From Ancylonema sp. (taxonomy: Eukaryota): a DNA stretch of 64,000 bases. Below the pieces are notes generated by a model. It was not told where the DNA came from. It saw nothing but the letters and a program-made list of their open reading frames with translations, and searched no databases. Both the position numbers and the translations under genes were made by a program. Below are positions 50,697 through 64,000 of the stretch, piece after piece (the first letter of the stretch is position 1; every line of letters starts with the position of its first letter). The stretch spans positions 1 to 64,000 of the forward strand of contig JBFLGF010000022.1 of NCBI GenBank assembly GCA_050230475.1, read 5' to 3'.

Positions 50697-53600
50697 TCAC
50701 TGTTGCATTTGCGCCACTCTGTTGTACAAATCCTGAGGCCAGTTGCGGTTCATACAAGAGGCGAGGAGGGTGATGATCTGAAGGAAAAAGAAAGAGACAG
50801 CCAACGGGAGTGAGAATAAAAACAGGATATCCCCTCCTCGCCTTCCCCCTTCCTCCCCTCCCCCCTCCCACCTGCGCCCTCAGCGCCTTCATCGACGAGT
50901 CGCTGTCCGAGATGTGATCCAAGCACACAACGACCTGAACCACACCCTCCCAACCCCCAATCACCACCCGCCACATACAGACCACCCCCACTCCCGCCCC
51001 CCCCCTGCCCCCCCCTTACCGCTTCCAGCAGGTCCGGCACACAGTCCTCCACCACCCTCGCCCCCTGCTGCAGCGCAGCCACGCAGTGGTCGACCGTGCG
51101 ACTCTCCATGGGCATAAATGGGAGAGGGGCGAGTTCATTCAACCCCTCCTTGTACCTCCCCCCACCAAGAGACGTGTAGAATCGCAGCATGGCAGACAGG
51201 TGGGACAGGGACATCTGCTGCGGCCCCACCTGCACCTGATGATGTGCGCCGCTGCTGACGCTGCGGAAGGACTCAAGCACGCGGGAGGCCGCCAGCTGGA
51301 GGGACCGGATCCGGTCCTCGTTGGGGGGCCTTCCGTGCGCGACAGCTGTCACCCTCTCCCCCATCTGCTGCGCCAGCAGTGCGAGTGCCTGTGAGTGCTC
51401 GCCACCCGCCATAAGCAGCTCTACCGCCTCATCCACCCCACCGCTGACGTGGCAATCATGGGCAGCGCCCAACAGAACGGCAGTCTGGGCGGAGGGGGAG
51501 GGCAGGAGGCGCTGCAACTCTCCCCCCCCCTGCAGCAACTGCAGCCCCCCACGGGTGCGCAGCATCTCTCTCAAACACCCCTCCAGCACCCCCGGATGGG
51601 GGGACGCGCTGGCAGCCGCCCCGAAATACTCTAAAGCCAACCCTGTCTGCCCGCTGCGCAGCACCTCGCTACCCCAGTCGCGAATGAGGGCGGCCACTTC
51701 AGAGGCCCCGCTGCCCTCCAGGGCACTGCTGCATGCCAGGGCCACACCCATGTGGATGGCATCCACTCGCGGACTGCCACCTGTCATTGTCCGTAGGAGG
51801 TCCATGACGGCCATTGGCAGCTGCATAGACAGCAGTAGTACGTAGGGGTACACCAGCGGGTCGCGTCCCCCCGTGGTGTAGTGGGAGGAGGGGAAGCGGG
51901 TGATGTGGCTCTGAACCTCCCCCAGGGTGCACGGCGCAACCGCGCCACCCTCTGCGGTGGGCCTGAGGGTGGCGAGTTTGAACCACATGAAGTCCTGGAT
52001 GGTGGTAAGGAGGGAGGGGGTCTCCCTACCCACCGCCTCTGCTTGATGCCTGCCGCCGCAGAGCACGGCGCAGACCAACATTTTGCGACGGGCACCCGCA
52101 CCACCCGCCCGCCCGCTGCGCTCCGCTGCACGGGCGGCCCTCTCGAACTCCCCTGCTGCAAGGGTGGAGGAAGAGGGCGACACCACACCACCACTGGACA
52201 CCCACTCGCCCAACTGCAACCAAAAATAGGCAGGAAGGGGGTGAGAAGAAAGGGGTTGGGGGGTGGGGGGGTGGGGGGGCGGGGGGCGAGGTGGGGTTTA
52301 CAATGTCTGCCATTTGTCTGCTTCCCCTCGCCTCTCTTGCCACCTGGACGGCCTCCGAATAGAAGCCGCTACGGAGACACAGGTAGATCTGATGACAACC
52401 ACAGGCGGACAGGTGTCACACACCCCTGCAAAACCACCCCCGTTCCTATGGTGAGGTGGGTGCCCACCTGGTGCCAGGTGGTGTCCAGGGGGGGGGCGTG
52501 GGGAGCAGACCCCGCATCGAAATCCAGCACCCCTGAGTCTCGCAACCGAACCTGAACAGGTGGACAACACGACCTGGAAACATGAACCCCCCCCCTGTGG
52601 GAAATGCCCCCTGTGTGCCACGTCCCCCTCCATCCCTGCCCCTCACTCTCAGAAATGCGTGCACTCGTTCCAGATTCGCTGTGGACCCCCCCAGGGCCGC
52701 CAGTGGGGGGTGCGTTGCTATCACCTGCTGCATGTACAGCCCATGGCCGTGCTCCAGGTGGCGACGCGCACCCAACAGCATGCGGAAGGGGCGGGGGAAA
52801 CCTGAAGGACCACCTTCCCCTTCTTCCAACAAAGACTGGGAGGAAAAAGAGGAAGAACAGTGAGAGGGCAAGGGGGGGAAAAGGAGGGGGGGGTGGGGGG
52901 GATGGGGGGGGTGGGTTGGGTTGCGTGCCTGTATGAGTCTCCATAGATGTAGAGGGGTGACGGAGAGTCCTGCTGGGCTGCTTCCTGATCCCGCATCCCG
53001 CTCGCATTTCTCAAACGCACGCAGCATCTCACTGCCCACCTGTGAGGAGGAACGCCACCTTCAGACCCACTCGTCACCCTCCGCCCCCCACCCTCCACCC
53101 GCAGTAATGAGGTTGAAGATGAGGTTGGGTGCGTTACCTTGAATTCTTGCCCCCTCTCCCTGGCTGCGTTCATGGCCTGCACCACACTCCCGTACTCGCG
53201 GCTCTTGGACGACAAGGGGCCAGACGGAGGGGCGGGGAGGGCAGGGACAGGAGGGCGGGAGGCGGATGAGGAGGGCAGGAGGGTGGGGGGGGCGGGGGGG
53301 GTTGGTGAGGGGATTCTTCCCAACAGCTTCACCATCTCCCTCGCCTCCCTCTGCCCCTCGCCCTGCACCGTGTGTCGCATGTGTGCCTGGAACGCGGCCT
53401 CGCTGCTGCGCTGCACCTCCTGCAGGGCGGCGCAGAGGGTCATCTCGTGGACGGAGGAAAGGTACTCCTCCACGCTCACGGCGTCAGAGGGGAAAACGTC
53501 CTCGAACGTACTCTGAGAAACAACAGGGAGGGGGAGAGAGGGGAAGGGTCCGGTTCCGGGTTGTTTTCTGTCGCTGCGGCTGTCTTGCTTCGGCCTGCTC

Positions 53601-54185
53601 TCACCTTCATCTCAAATGTCTGCAGGTCGGCGGTGAGCTGCTCGGGGTTCACCCCTTCCCGAGTGAGGAGTCTGTGATAGGAGGGAGGGAGGCACAGGAA
53701 ATGGTAAGTAGGTCATGGTGACTCTGGCAGACACGAGCCTGGTCGGGGGGGGTCCAACCTGGTTGCTGCGCCAACATCCCGGAGGGCATCGGGTCGGGAA
53801 GTGCGCGCTTTCAGCTGGCGGGAGAGGGCCTCCAACTGCTCCAGGCTCCTCTGTTACGACGGGGGACGTAACGAGAGCTCGGTTTTAAAAAACGATGCCA
53901 AAAAAACTCGGACCCGGAAAATATGTTTTTGGTGCACCTTCGCAACTTTATTCATAGGAGGAATGAGGGGAATAATGACATGCGCCAAAAATGCTCATAA
54001 TATACTTCTTCGGAGTTAGAGACATGGAAGAGTGATCAAGTCATACTCACATGGCCATGATGTATCAACGTCTCGCATGACATGCGTACCTGAAGCGGAG
54101 GAAACTGGGACGGCGTGCCACCAACATCGGTGACCTGCTGCCGGCTCCTCAACAGAAGGTCATCCCAACTACGCTCACTCCCCAT
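50697..54185 (-). CDS. NUP93: Nuclear pore complex protein NUP93/Nic96, multi-exon
   Basis: N-terminus SWDDLL...SQFPPLQ|RSLEQLEALS, LLTREGVNPEQL, VEEYL..VHEM, LLGARRHLE, TIQDFMWFKL, DPLVYPYVLLLS; C-terminus NRNWPQDLYNRVA. Confidence 0.93.
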
Positions 54186-55108
54186 GGCTACACTAGCGTT
54201 GTCAACAGATAACGCCGGGGAACGCTATTTACTTTGCAAGCTTAACATCTTTACATCGTCACAGAAAGGTCAGCAAAGCACTCAACTCCGCACTCAACTC
54301 TCGACAGGGGATCGTTTTCGATCCCGGAATCGAGGCAAAATGTGCAACTCCCCTCCTTAAACCTCCACTTCTCATATTTTTCTTGGAAACTTTGCTGCAA
54401 AAGCATGCCCTGCGTGGGTTAACTGCTACGAGACAGCGTATGTTCTTGAAAAAAAAAGTCTCACAAGATTATCACCACCCATGTGCTTCGTTGATTTCAA
54501 ATTTCCCTCAACACTTTTGCGCGCCACGCAAGACAGCGCCCGGGCGAAATTATGGTTTTTAGGGTTCTCCAGAACCCCAGCCCCGTGACTCGCCGTTGTA
54601 ACGCAGTGAGAGCAGTCCTTGAAAGCTCGCCCCGTACTTATACCTTTTAGGCCCTAACTTGCCCCTGGTTGCCCCTGGTACGTTCCTTTGACCCGCCCTG
54701 GGTTTTACTGTCGACTGACGCCATCGCATATTTTTCGCGCACAAGCTTTTCACACCCTTGGTTGGGCCAGTGGTCATATAGTTTCTGGCTATGAGTTTCA
54801 CACCATGACAGCGTGCCATGGCGCTCGATCATATCCTGTGAGAAAGAGATTGGGATGCTATGTGTGATGATCCTTCAGTTTCCTCTGGCCACCAAACAGT
54901 CAGCGTGATTACACGGATTCACGACAACAACCGAAAGTGATATATTCCGAAGGGAGTCAATTAACGCTGGAGCGTGCCCAGCAGGCGCATCATTGTTCGG
55001 ATTCACCGCATCAACATGCGTTGAAACGCCTTTATTCCGAACTCAGTGGTCATGAGCGGAATGGTTCGTGTGGAACATGGTTGCCTCTCCCGCCCTTAGA
55101 TCACTTCG

Positions 55109-56340
55109 ATGGACCCGGAGGATATACCAGCCTCTCCCCACGTGGAGTACTTTGGCGATGATTTCTCGTGGGAGAGCTTAAAGGAGCAGCTCGGAAAAAA
55201 TGGAACTCCCGACGCAGGTTGTGACACCGAGACAGGTATGCCTCGGACTGTCTTTGGCAGCACCTGGCCGGCCCCACGTGGCATTCACTGTATGACATCT
55301 GGAGGGGCCAGAGGTAGTGGATATTCAAACTGCCACGTGGGAGTCTTTCCATCGCCAACACAGCAGCGCTCGCTTCTTTAAGGTTCGTGGGTGGCCCCTT
55401 TTCCAATGCGGCCTCCGCATTCCTTCCCCTTTCTCAGAACCTCTTACAGCCCACTCCCACCTCCTCCTACAGGAACGCCGCTACCTTTCCGCGATCTTTC
55501 CCTTCCTCACCTCTCCCTCGTCCTCCCAGCTGGTGTTAGAGATCGGGTGTGGCACCGGCGCCAACGTTCTGCCCCTCCTCAGGTCCGGCCCCGCAACACA
55601 GGCCTCCTTCGAACTATACTTACCTTTTCCGGCCCCGCCCTTCCTCCCTCCAGGTCTAGCCCCCTGAACGGGGTGGTGGCGGTCGACTTTTCCCCCACCG
55701 CTGTTCGCCTCACAGAGGCCGCGGTAGCCTCCCTTCCTCACGGACCGTACCGATTCGCTGCTCTACTTTGCGATGCGGCGAGGGAGAGCTTGCCAGATTG
55801 CTTGGCAGCATCCACATCAGTCAGCTCCCTTTTCCACGCTCGACCTGGCGCCAACCCCTCCTCCCCACTCCACTTTGACGTCATCACTCTGGTACCCCCC
55901 CCCCCGCCACCTGGCACATGGCACTTGGCACTGCATGTGGGGGTGCCAGTCCGGCATTCTTACACTATCCTCCCCCCTCCTCTTCTCTGTGTGTGCAGTT
56001 CTTCACTCTCTCCTCCGTCCCTCCTCCCCTCCTCCCATTCTTCCTCCTTAACCTCGCCTCTGTCCTCCGCCCGGGGGGGGTGGTCTGTTTCCGCGACTAT
56101 GGTTTGTATGACATGGCCCAACTGCGGTTCCCCAGGGGGCAGCAGTTGGGCCCCACCCTGTTCCAGCGCGAGGATGGCACCCTCGCCCACTTCTTCTCCA
56201 AAGAAGCCCTGGGCGAACTGTTTGCGTCCGCCGGGTTTGATGAGTGTGATCGTCGCTATTGTTGCGTGAAAGTGGAGAATCGTCGGACGAAGGTGGGGAT
56301 GGCGCGGGTGTGGCTGCATGCCAAATTCTCCCTTCCATGA
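55109..56340 (+). CDS. METTL6/METTL2-like tRNA N3-methylcytidine methyltransferase, multi-exon
   Basis: WESFHRQHSSARFFK|ERRYL, VLEIGCGTG (SAM motif I), AVDFSPTAV, FTLS, LRPGGVVCFRDYGLYDMAQLRF, REDGTLAHFF, VENRR...MARVWLHAKF. Confidence 0.9.
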
Positions 56341-57141
56341 CACATGATACAGGATTCTTTTCAATGTTAGTGTGTGGCGGTGTGGGCAACAATATCGGTG
56401 TGAATTTATTTCCTTTTCTTGGGTATGTGCCTCCCCCCCCATACCACAAGATGGGATGTGTGTGGGCCCAAAGAGCTCTCGATGCTTTGGACTTGCACAC
56501 CAATCTTGTTGCTAGTCGATAGTTTGGACTTTGCACCGCTGTTACATCCTGAAGTGGTACTTGCATGTCCACTCAACCATTTGTGGTTCGCATGTAGTGC
56601 CCAAATACACATGGAGGACAGGGGGGGACCAGGCAATAACAAGAAGGCACTACGACAAAGAGTCTTTGTCAGGTAGCGAGGCCAGAATCGGTGTTATAAC
56701 ACAATCTGGGTGGGTAGTAGAGGCTCATCCGGAATAACTTCAATCGGTGCTAAGGATAGGTGATGCCAAATTTGAACTGTGACCATTCCTTATCATCCCT
56801 CGTCATCACTTACATGTGTGAGCATGGCCAACTTTGTTTTCTCAATTTGTTCTCCCGCTGTCCATCATAAATTTGTATTTCTAAATGTGAGATGGGTTTA
56901 CATTCGTGTAACCATAGTCGCGTCCCAGACCGTCCGGGGATCTAGCGGGTCCTTCTATAGTGTGGGTCACCACATCAAAAATATCATTCGGGGAGTTCTG
57001 GAAATTTCCCATTTGGTGCGCAGATGGGTCAACTTTTGGTTCATTGGTTTGTTGGTTGATTAATCCATTATTTCAACCCGGGTCATGTGGCCAGTGTGGC
57101 CACTGTGGCCAGTGTGGTATGCGGGACCGATGGCTTACTAG

Positions 57142-57374
57142 CAGAGTTGGGCCAGGGCCATCCGGATCCCCCAATCCAGATCAGCGCGGGATCGGAAATA
57201 TTGAGATCGGATCGGGCACAACAAGTTTTTCTTTCTTTCTTTCTTTCCGGGGGTTTTACGCCACAGTGGTGCGTATCATGCGGTATTCGGATCTGATCTG
57301 GATCGGAGCCGGATAGTATCCGAGCCGGATCTGCGCTGGATCGGAAGACCCCAAATCAGATCTGGCCAACTATG
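57142..57374. mobile_element. Small hAT-type MITE (233 bp)
   Basis: TIRs CAGAGTTGGGCCAG / CTGGCCAACTATG. TSD CTTACTAG vs CTTAATAG (7/8). Internal GGATC arrays. Confidence 0.82.
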
Positions 57375-57865
57375 CTTAATAGGGCAAGTGCATTTCCATG
57401 CCAATTTGCGATAAACCACACACACAACTTGTGCACTTTCTTTGATCCACTTTGGGTAACAACATTTGGTTCATCCATCACTTAGGGGTAGTAACTAAAA
57501 TGTGTACACACCACATGTGTACATACTCGACTTCTACAAATAACAACATTCCACATCCTGACATCCTAAACACCCTAACTAAACTATCGGTCTCCTCAGG
57601 CATACGCTCCTGAACTCAAATCATATAATATCATCCGCAACCGCAAACTGCAAATACACCTACGATTTTTTCAATTACGTTTACATTAAATGTTGATAGG
57701 CAATATGTACCTACCCCATCCCACCGGTACAGCGTCAAACGACAACGAACATCAAGAAACCAAACGACTCCATTGTTTTTGCTCTACAATCCACTCCACA
57801 ATTGCTCCCTCCCCCACCAACAGTGACCGTGTGAAACCGTGTTTGTCTCCTACGCACTCTCCCCC

Positions 57866-60750
<2,885 letters not shown>

Positions 60751-61050
60751 GCTGAACCCTCTGTGGCGCACCTACGAGCTATTGCCAGGCACTACAAAAG
60801 TCGGTCTCCCAACGCTAGAATTTCTGAATGCAATAGCAGACTTTTACTCTCCTGATGAACTCGAACCACAACGGACTCCGAGACTGCGTGCGTGCGTCCG
60901 AGCGGTGTCCAGTGAAGACGGAGCTTCTGCGAGCGCGCGGTTGTCGGCGTGAGAAGTGGTTACCCCAGGGGTTGGTGACACCGCATTTTCGGCCCGCGGT
61001 AGAGGGTTTCTCCCCGGTTTCTACTCCCTACCGCTTTCCTACCAATTTTG

Positions 61051-61764
61051 GAGCCCAGCCCGGTTGGGCATCGGTAGGAGTAGGGCGGCGGTAGGCGGTA
61101 GGGAAATCGGTAGGGAGACGGTGAGGCGTGGTACGAAACGAAGGGAAGGGTTTTTTTTTTTGGTTTTCTAATGTTTTTTCTTCGCGTCAAATCAAAGGCA
61201 AAAGTTGCAATCCAAAAGTGATTAAAATCATGGATCGTGTTTTCAAACAAAATAGACAAGTCCACATCCTTGTCGTTAGTTTTGTGTTCTCTATAAAAAC
61301 ATGAAACCAAAATACAGTAATCCGTGGAAAAGACGCGAAACTATGCAATATTAGTTGAGCTAACAAATCACAACAACTATATATGGAAAACGTGTCGTTA
61401 TTAATAATATTCTTGGAAACCAGTCTTAATTTAATTCATATGCCCTCTTAATTCATATTGTTTACCGGTCCCGGCCTTCTACGAGTTGTAAATATTAACA
61501 AACCTCTAGGATGTGATGATTAACACCTTTGCCCGGGTTCCCCCTACGTGTTGATTGATTATGTACGGAATCTTTACTTATCCGTACAGTATGTGTAATT
61601 ACGTTTTACGTTTTAAGTTGAAAGAAAAATCGAAAAGTGTTTGAATCCCCTACCGTTCCCTACGGATCCCTACCAATCCCTTACGAACCCTACCGATCCC
61701 CACCGATCCCTACCGGTTTCTCCCTACCGCCCTACCCCTTACCTACCCAATCGCAGTTGGGCTA
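61051..61764. mobile_element. MITE-like element with GGTAGG/CCTACC subterminal arrays
   Basis: Imperfect TIRs AGCCCAGCCCGGTTGGG / CCCAATCGCAGTTGGGCT with inverted arrays of CGGTAGG. TSD degenerate. Confidence 0.65.
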
Positions 61765-61782
61765 AATTTCATACCTCCTAGG

Positions 61783-64000
61783 TAATAGACTTCACACACT
61801 TGATGCAAACATTCACAGCGTTACAAACACACAAAACACAAAAGTGCAAGCTTGAGATAGATTAATTGATTGCATAACTCTACATGCAAGCTCGGACTCA
61901 CATCGATCGAGTGTGATCCAGGGCAAATCCTAGTCAAAGATCGACAGACATCGAAAGTACCCAGTCAACACCAATCATATTCTAGCATTGAGTCAGTCAC
62001 CTATTCTTATCGACATTGTGGCCAAACGTAATTATATCGACAAGTAATTCGGCCGGGATCGACAAAACGACAAAACTAAAACTTAATTTCTGAGAAAGCC
62101 TAAAACCGATACTAACAAAAGTTTAGAGCCCTTAAAACACTAACACCCCCTCCCTGTATACTTTGGTATCCCCCTCCAAAAACGATAAACATCGATATCG
62201 ATTTTTCACACAGTGCTGCTACTACTCATACACCAAAACAACAAGATCACAATTTGCTTTCAACACCTTGGCTGACACAACTTTTGTGAGCATGTCAACT
62301 GCCTGCTCCTCACTCCTCACAAACTTCAAGTTAATTTTCTTATTTGCTACCCTCTCCTTGATTGAATGATATATGATTTCAATGTGTTTGGACCGTTTAT
62401 GGAAGACACGATTTTTAGGCAACTTCAAAAAACTTTCATCGTCACCCAAAACACATGCCCTTGATTCAACAACAATCCCCAACTCTTGTTACATCTAATG
62501 AAGATAGAGATCCTCATTGCCCACAGCACTCAACGCCAAGTATTCACTCTCACAACTGGAGTGGGTAACAGTGTCCAGTAAGGTGCTTTTCTAGTTGACC
62601 GTTGCACCCCCACTTGTAAACACATAGGTAGCACGCCCCCTCCGAGTGTCACAATCATCGCCATGACTTTCATATGAGTAACCAAGAACTTGCAAAGATG
62701 CTCTCTTCTGATACATGAGACCAAAACCAATCGTGCGTCGCAGATACCGCAAGAGCCTCTTAACCCCCTCCCATTGATGTTCTCCTGAATTTTGGTTGCA
62801 TCTGTAAAGAGAATTGACTACAGCAGTCAGATCTGGGCGAGTCCCCGAACAAAGATAAAGAAGAGTGTCCATGGCAGATTTGTAGCCCACACCCTCAATA
62901 ACTGCCCCTCAGCAGCATATCTCTTATTTGCGAAAAAACTTGACACCGATCTCAAGAGGAGTCGATGAATCGCACTCAAAAATGCCAAATTTTCCTAAAG
63001 CTTCTCGTGCATACTTTTCATGTCATAAGAAGACATTTCTATTCGCCTGCCTCCGGATTTCCAAACCTAGGAGTAAAGTTGTTCCTCCCAATTCCTTCAT
63101 GGTTTACCGCTCACCAAGGCCTGATTTCACACCACCGATGTTTTTGATCTCAACGTATAAAAGAAACAAGTCATTGACATATAGGGCCATATAAATGGCG
63201 TATGGGCCCTCTCCCAAGATGTACAACCCAAAAATTGACTCTGGACGGCGAAAACCCATCTCTCTTAGCACAACATCAATGTGCTGGTTCCACACCCTCG
63301 GCGCCTGTTTTATAAGTTGTACAAACATCTGACCAGCAACGATACTTTCCCTTCCTCTCCACGTTTGCAAGTGCCATTTGGAGCTTCCATTTTTTTTTTC
63401 CCCACAAGCGGAGCATATAGACGTAGTTACATCCATTTGATGCATATCTAAACCTTTTGAGGCCCCCACGGCAACCAGTTGACGGATACTTTCGAACCTG
63501 AATGTTAACAAAAAAAAGTATGATCATAATCCACGCCCTCATTCCGAGTAAAACCCTTTGCAACAACCCTGGCTTTGTACTTCTCAATAGTCCGAAATAC
63601 ACACTTAGATCCGAAAAACCCACTTAGATTTGACCACTTTCTTGCCCTTTGGCCTATTGGCAAGGCGAAAGACCTCATTTTCCTCTGAACTTCCCATCTT
63701 TGCATCCATTGCTGCTTGCCATTTGACTTTCTCTCAATTGTTTAGAGCTTCTTTGACTGTCTCAATAATTTTTGCACCCACTTCAATGCCTGCCACATAG
63801 GCTGCAACAAAGCGATCTGCAACAAAACTATTTCATATCTTTGTTCTCTCGTGCTAAACGTTGAACAAATTCTAATGGTGCTTGAACTGATCCTTAAATT
63901 TTCTCGTTTGCAAGATGTAACACAAAAAATTTATGAGTAGCGTCGTCGGGATACCACTTATCACAATCTTCCAGCAGATCTTAATCTATGGCATCGCCAC
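61783..64000 (-). mobile_element. Decayed Ty1/Copia retrotransposon 3' part (RT, RNase H, PPT, 3' LTR), running off the window
   Basis: YKARVVAKGF, MHQMDVTT, LYVNDL, TRPDL, KRLLRYL and HKRSKHIEI.YH...QAVDMLTK in broken frames. On the minus strand the PPT GGGAGGGGG (62154-62146) is followed by TGTTAG. LTR ~62145-61783. Confidence 0.92.

Noticed and set aside
57085..57118. TGTGGCCA(G/C) 9-bp repeat giving a CGQCGHCGQCG peptide
   Set aside because: A simple tandem repeat in a short unsupported ORF that runs into a MITE.

Overview
Eukaryotic, intron-rich genomic DNA from a green plant-lineage (streptophyte) organism. The proteins are plant-like and a U12-type AT-AC intron is present, but the species cannot be determined from the sequence. 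Intact-looking host genes: a class I SAM methyltransferase, APC1, cyanase, MBS1, succinyl-CoA ligase beta, NUP93, a METTL6/2-like tRNA methyltransferase and F2KP. There is also an mTERF pseudogene. Intergenic DNA is rich in decayed transposons: several hAT MITEs with 8-bp TSDs, a pogo-type MITE, a chromovirus 3' end and a Copia 3' end. Three things stand out. (1) A decayed Ty3/Gypsy element at 3.1-9.2 kb whose polyprotein carries a C5 cytosine DNA methyltransferase domain and a PHD-finger integrase. (2) An unusual 'PPT - repeat - ~1 kb spacer - repeat' 3' end shared by two adjacent Ty3-like elements whose repeats differ in sequence. (3) A decayed locus at 19.8-22.6 kb in which EXO1 nuclease exons splice in frame onto a pogo/CENP-B-type transposase with C-terminal zinc ribbons. 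All calls come from reading motifs by eye; no database searches were run.
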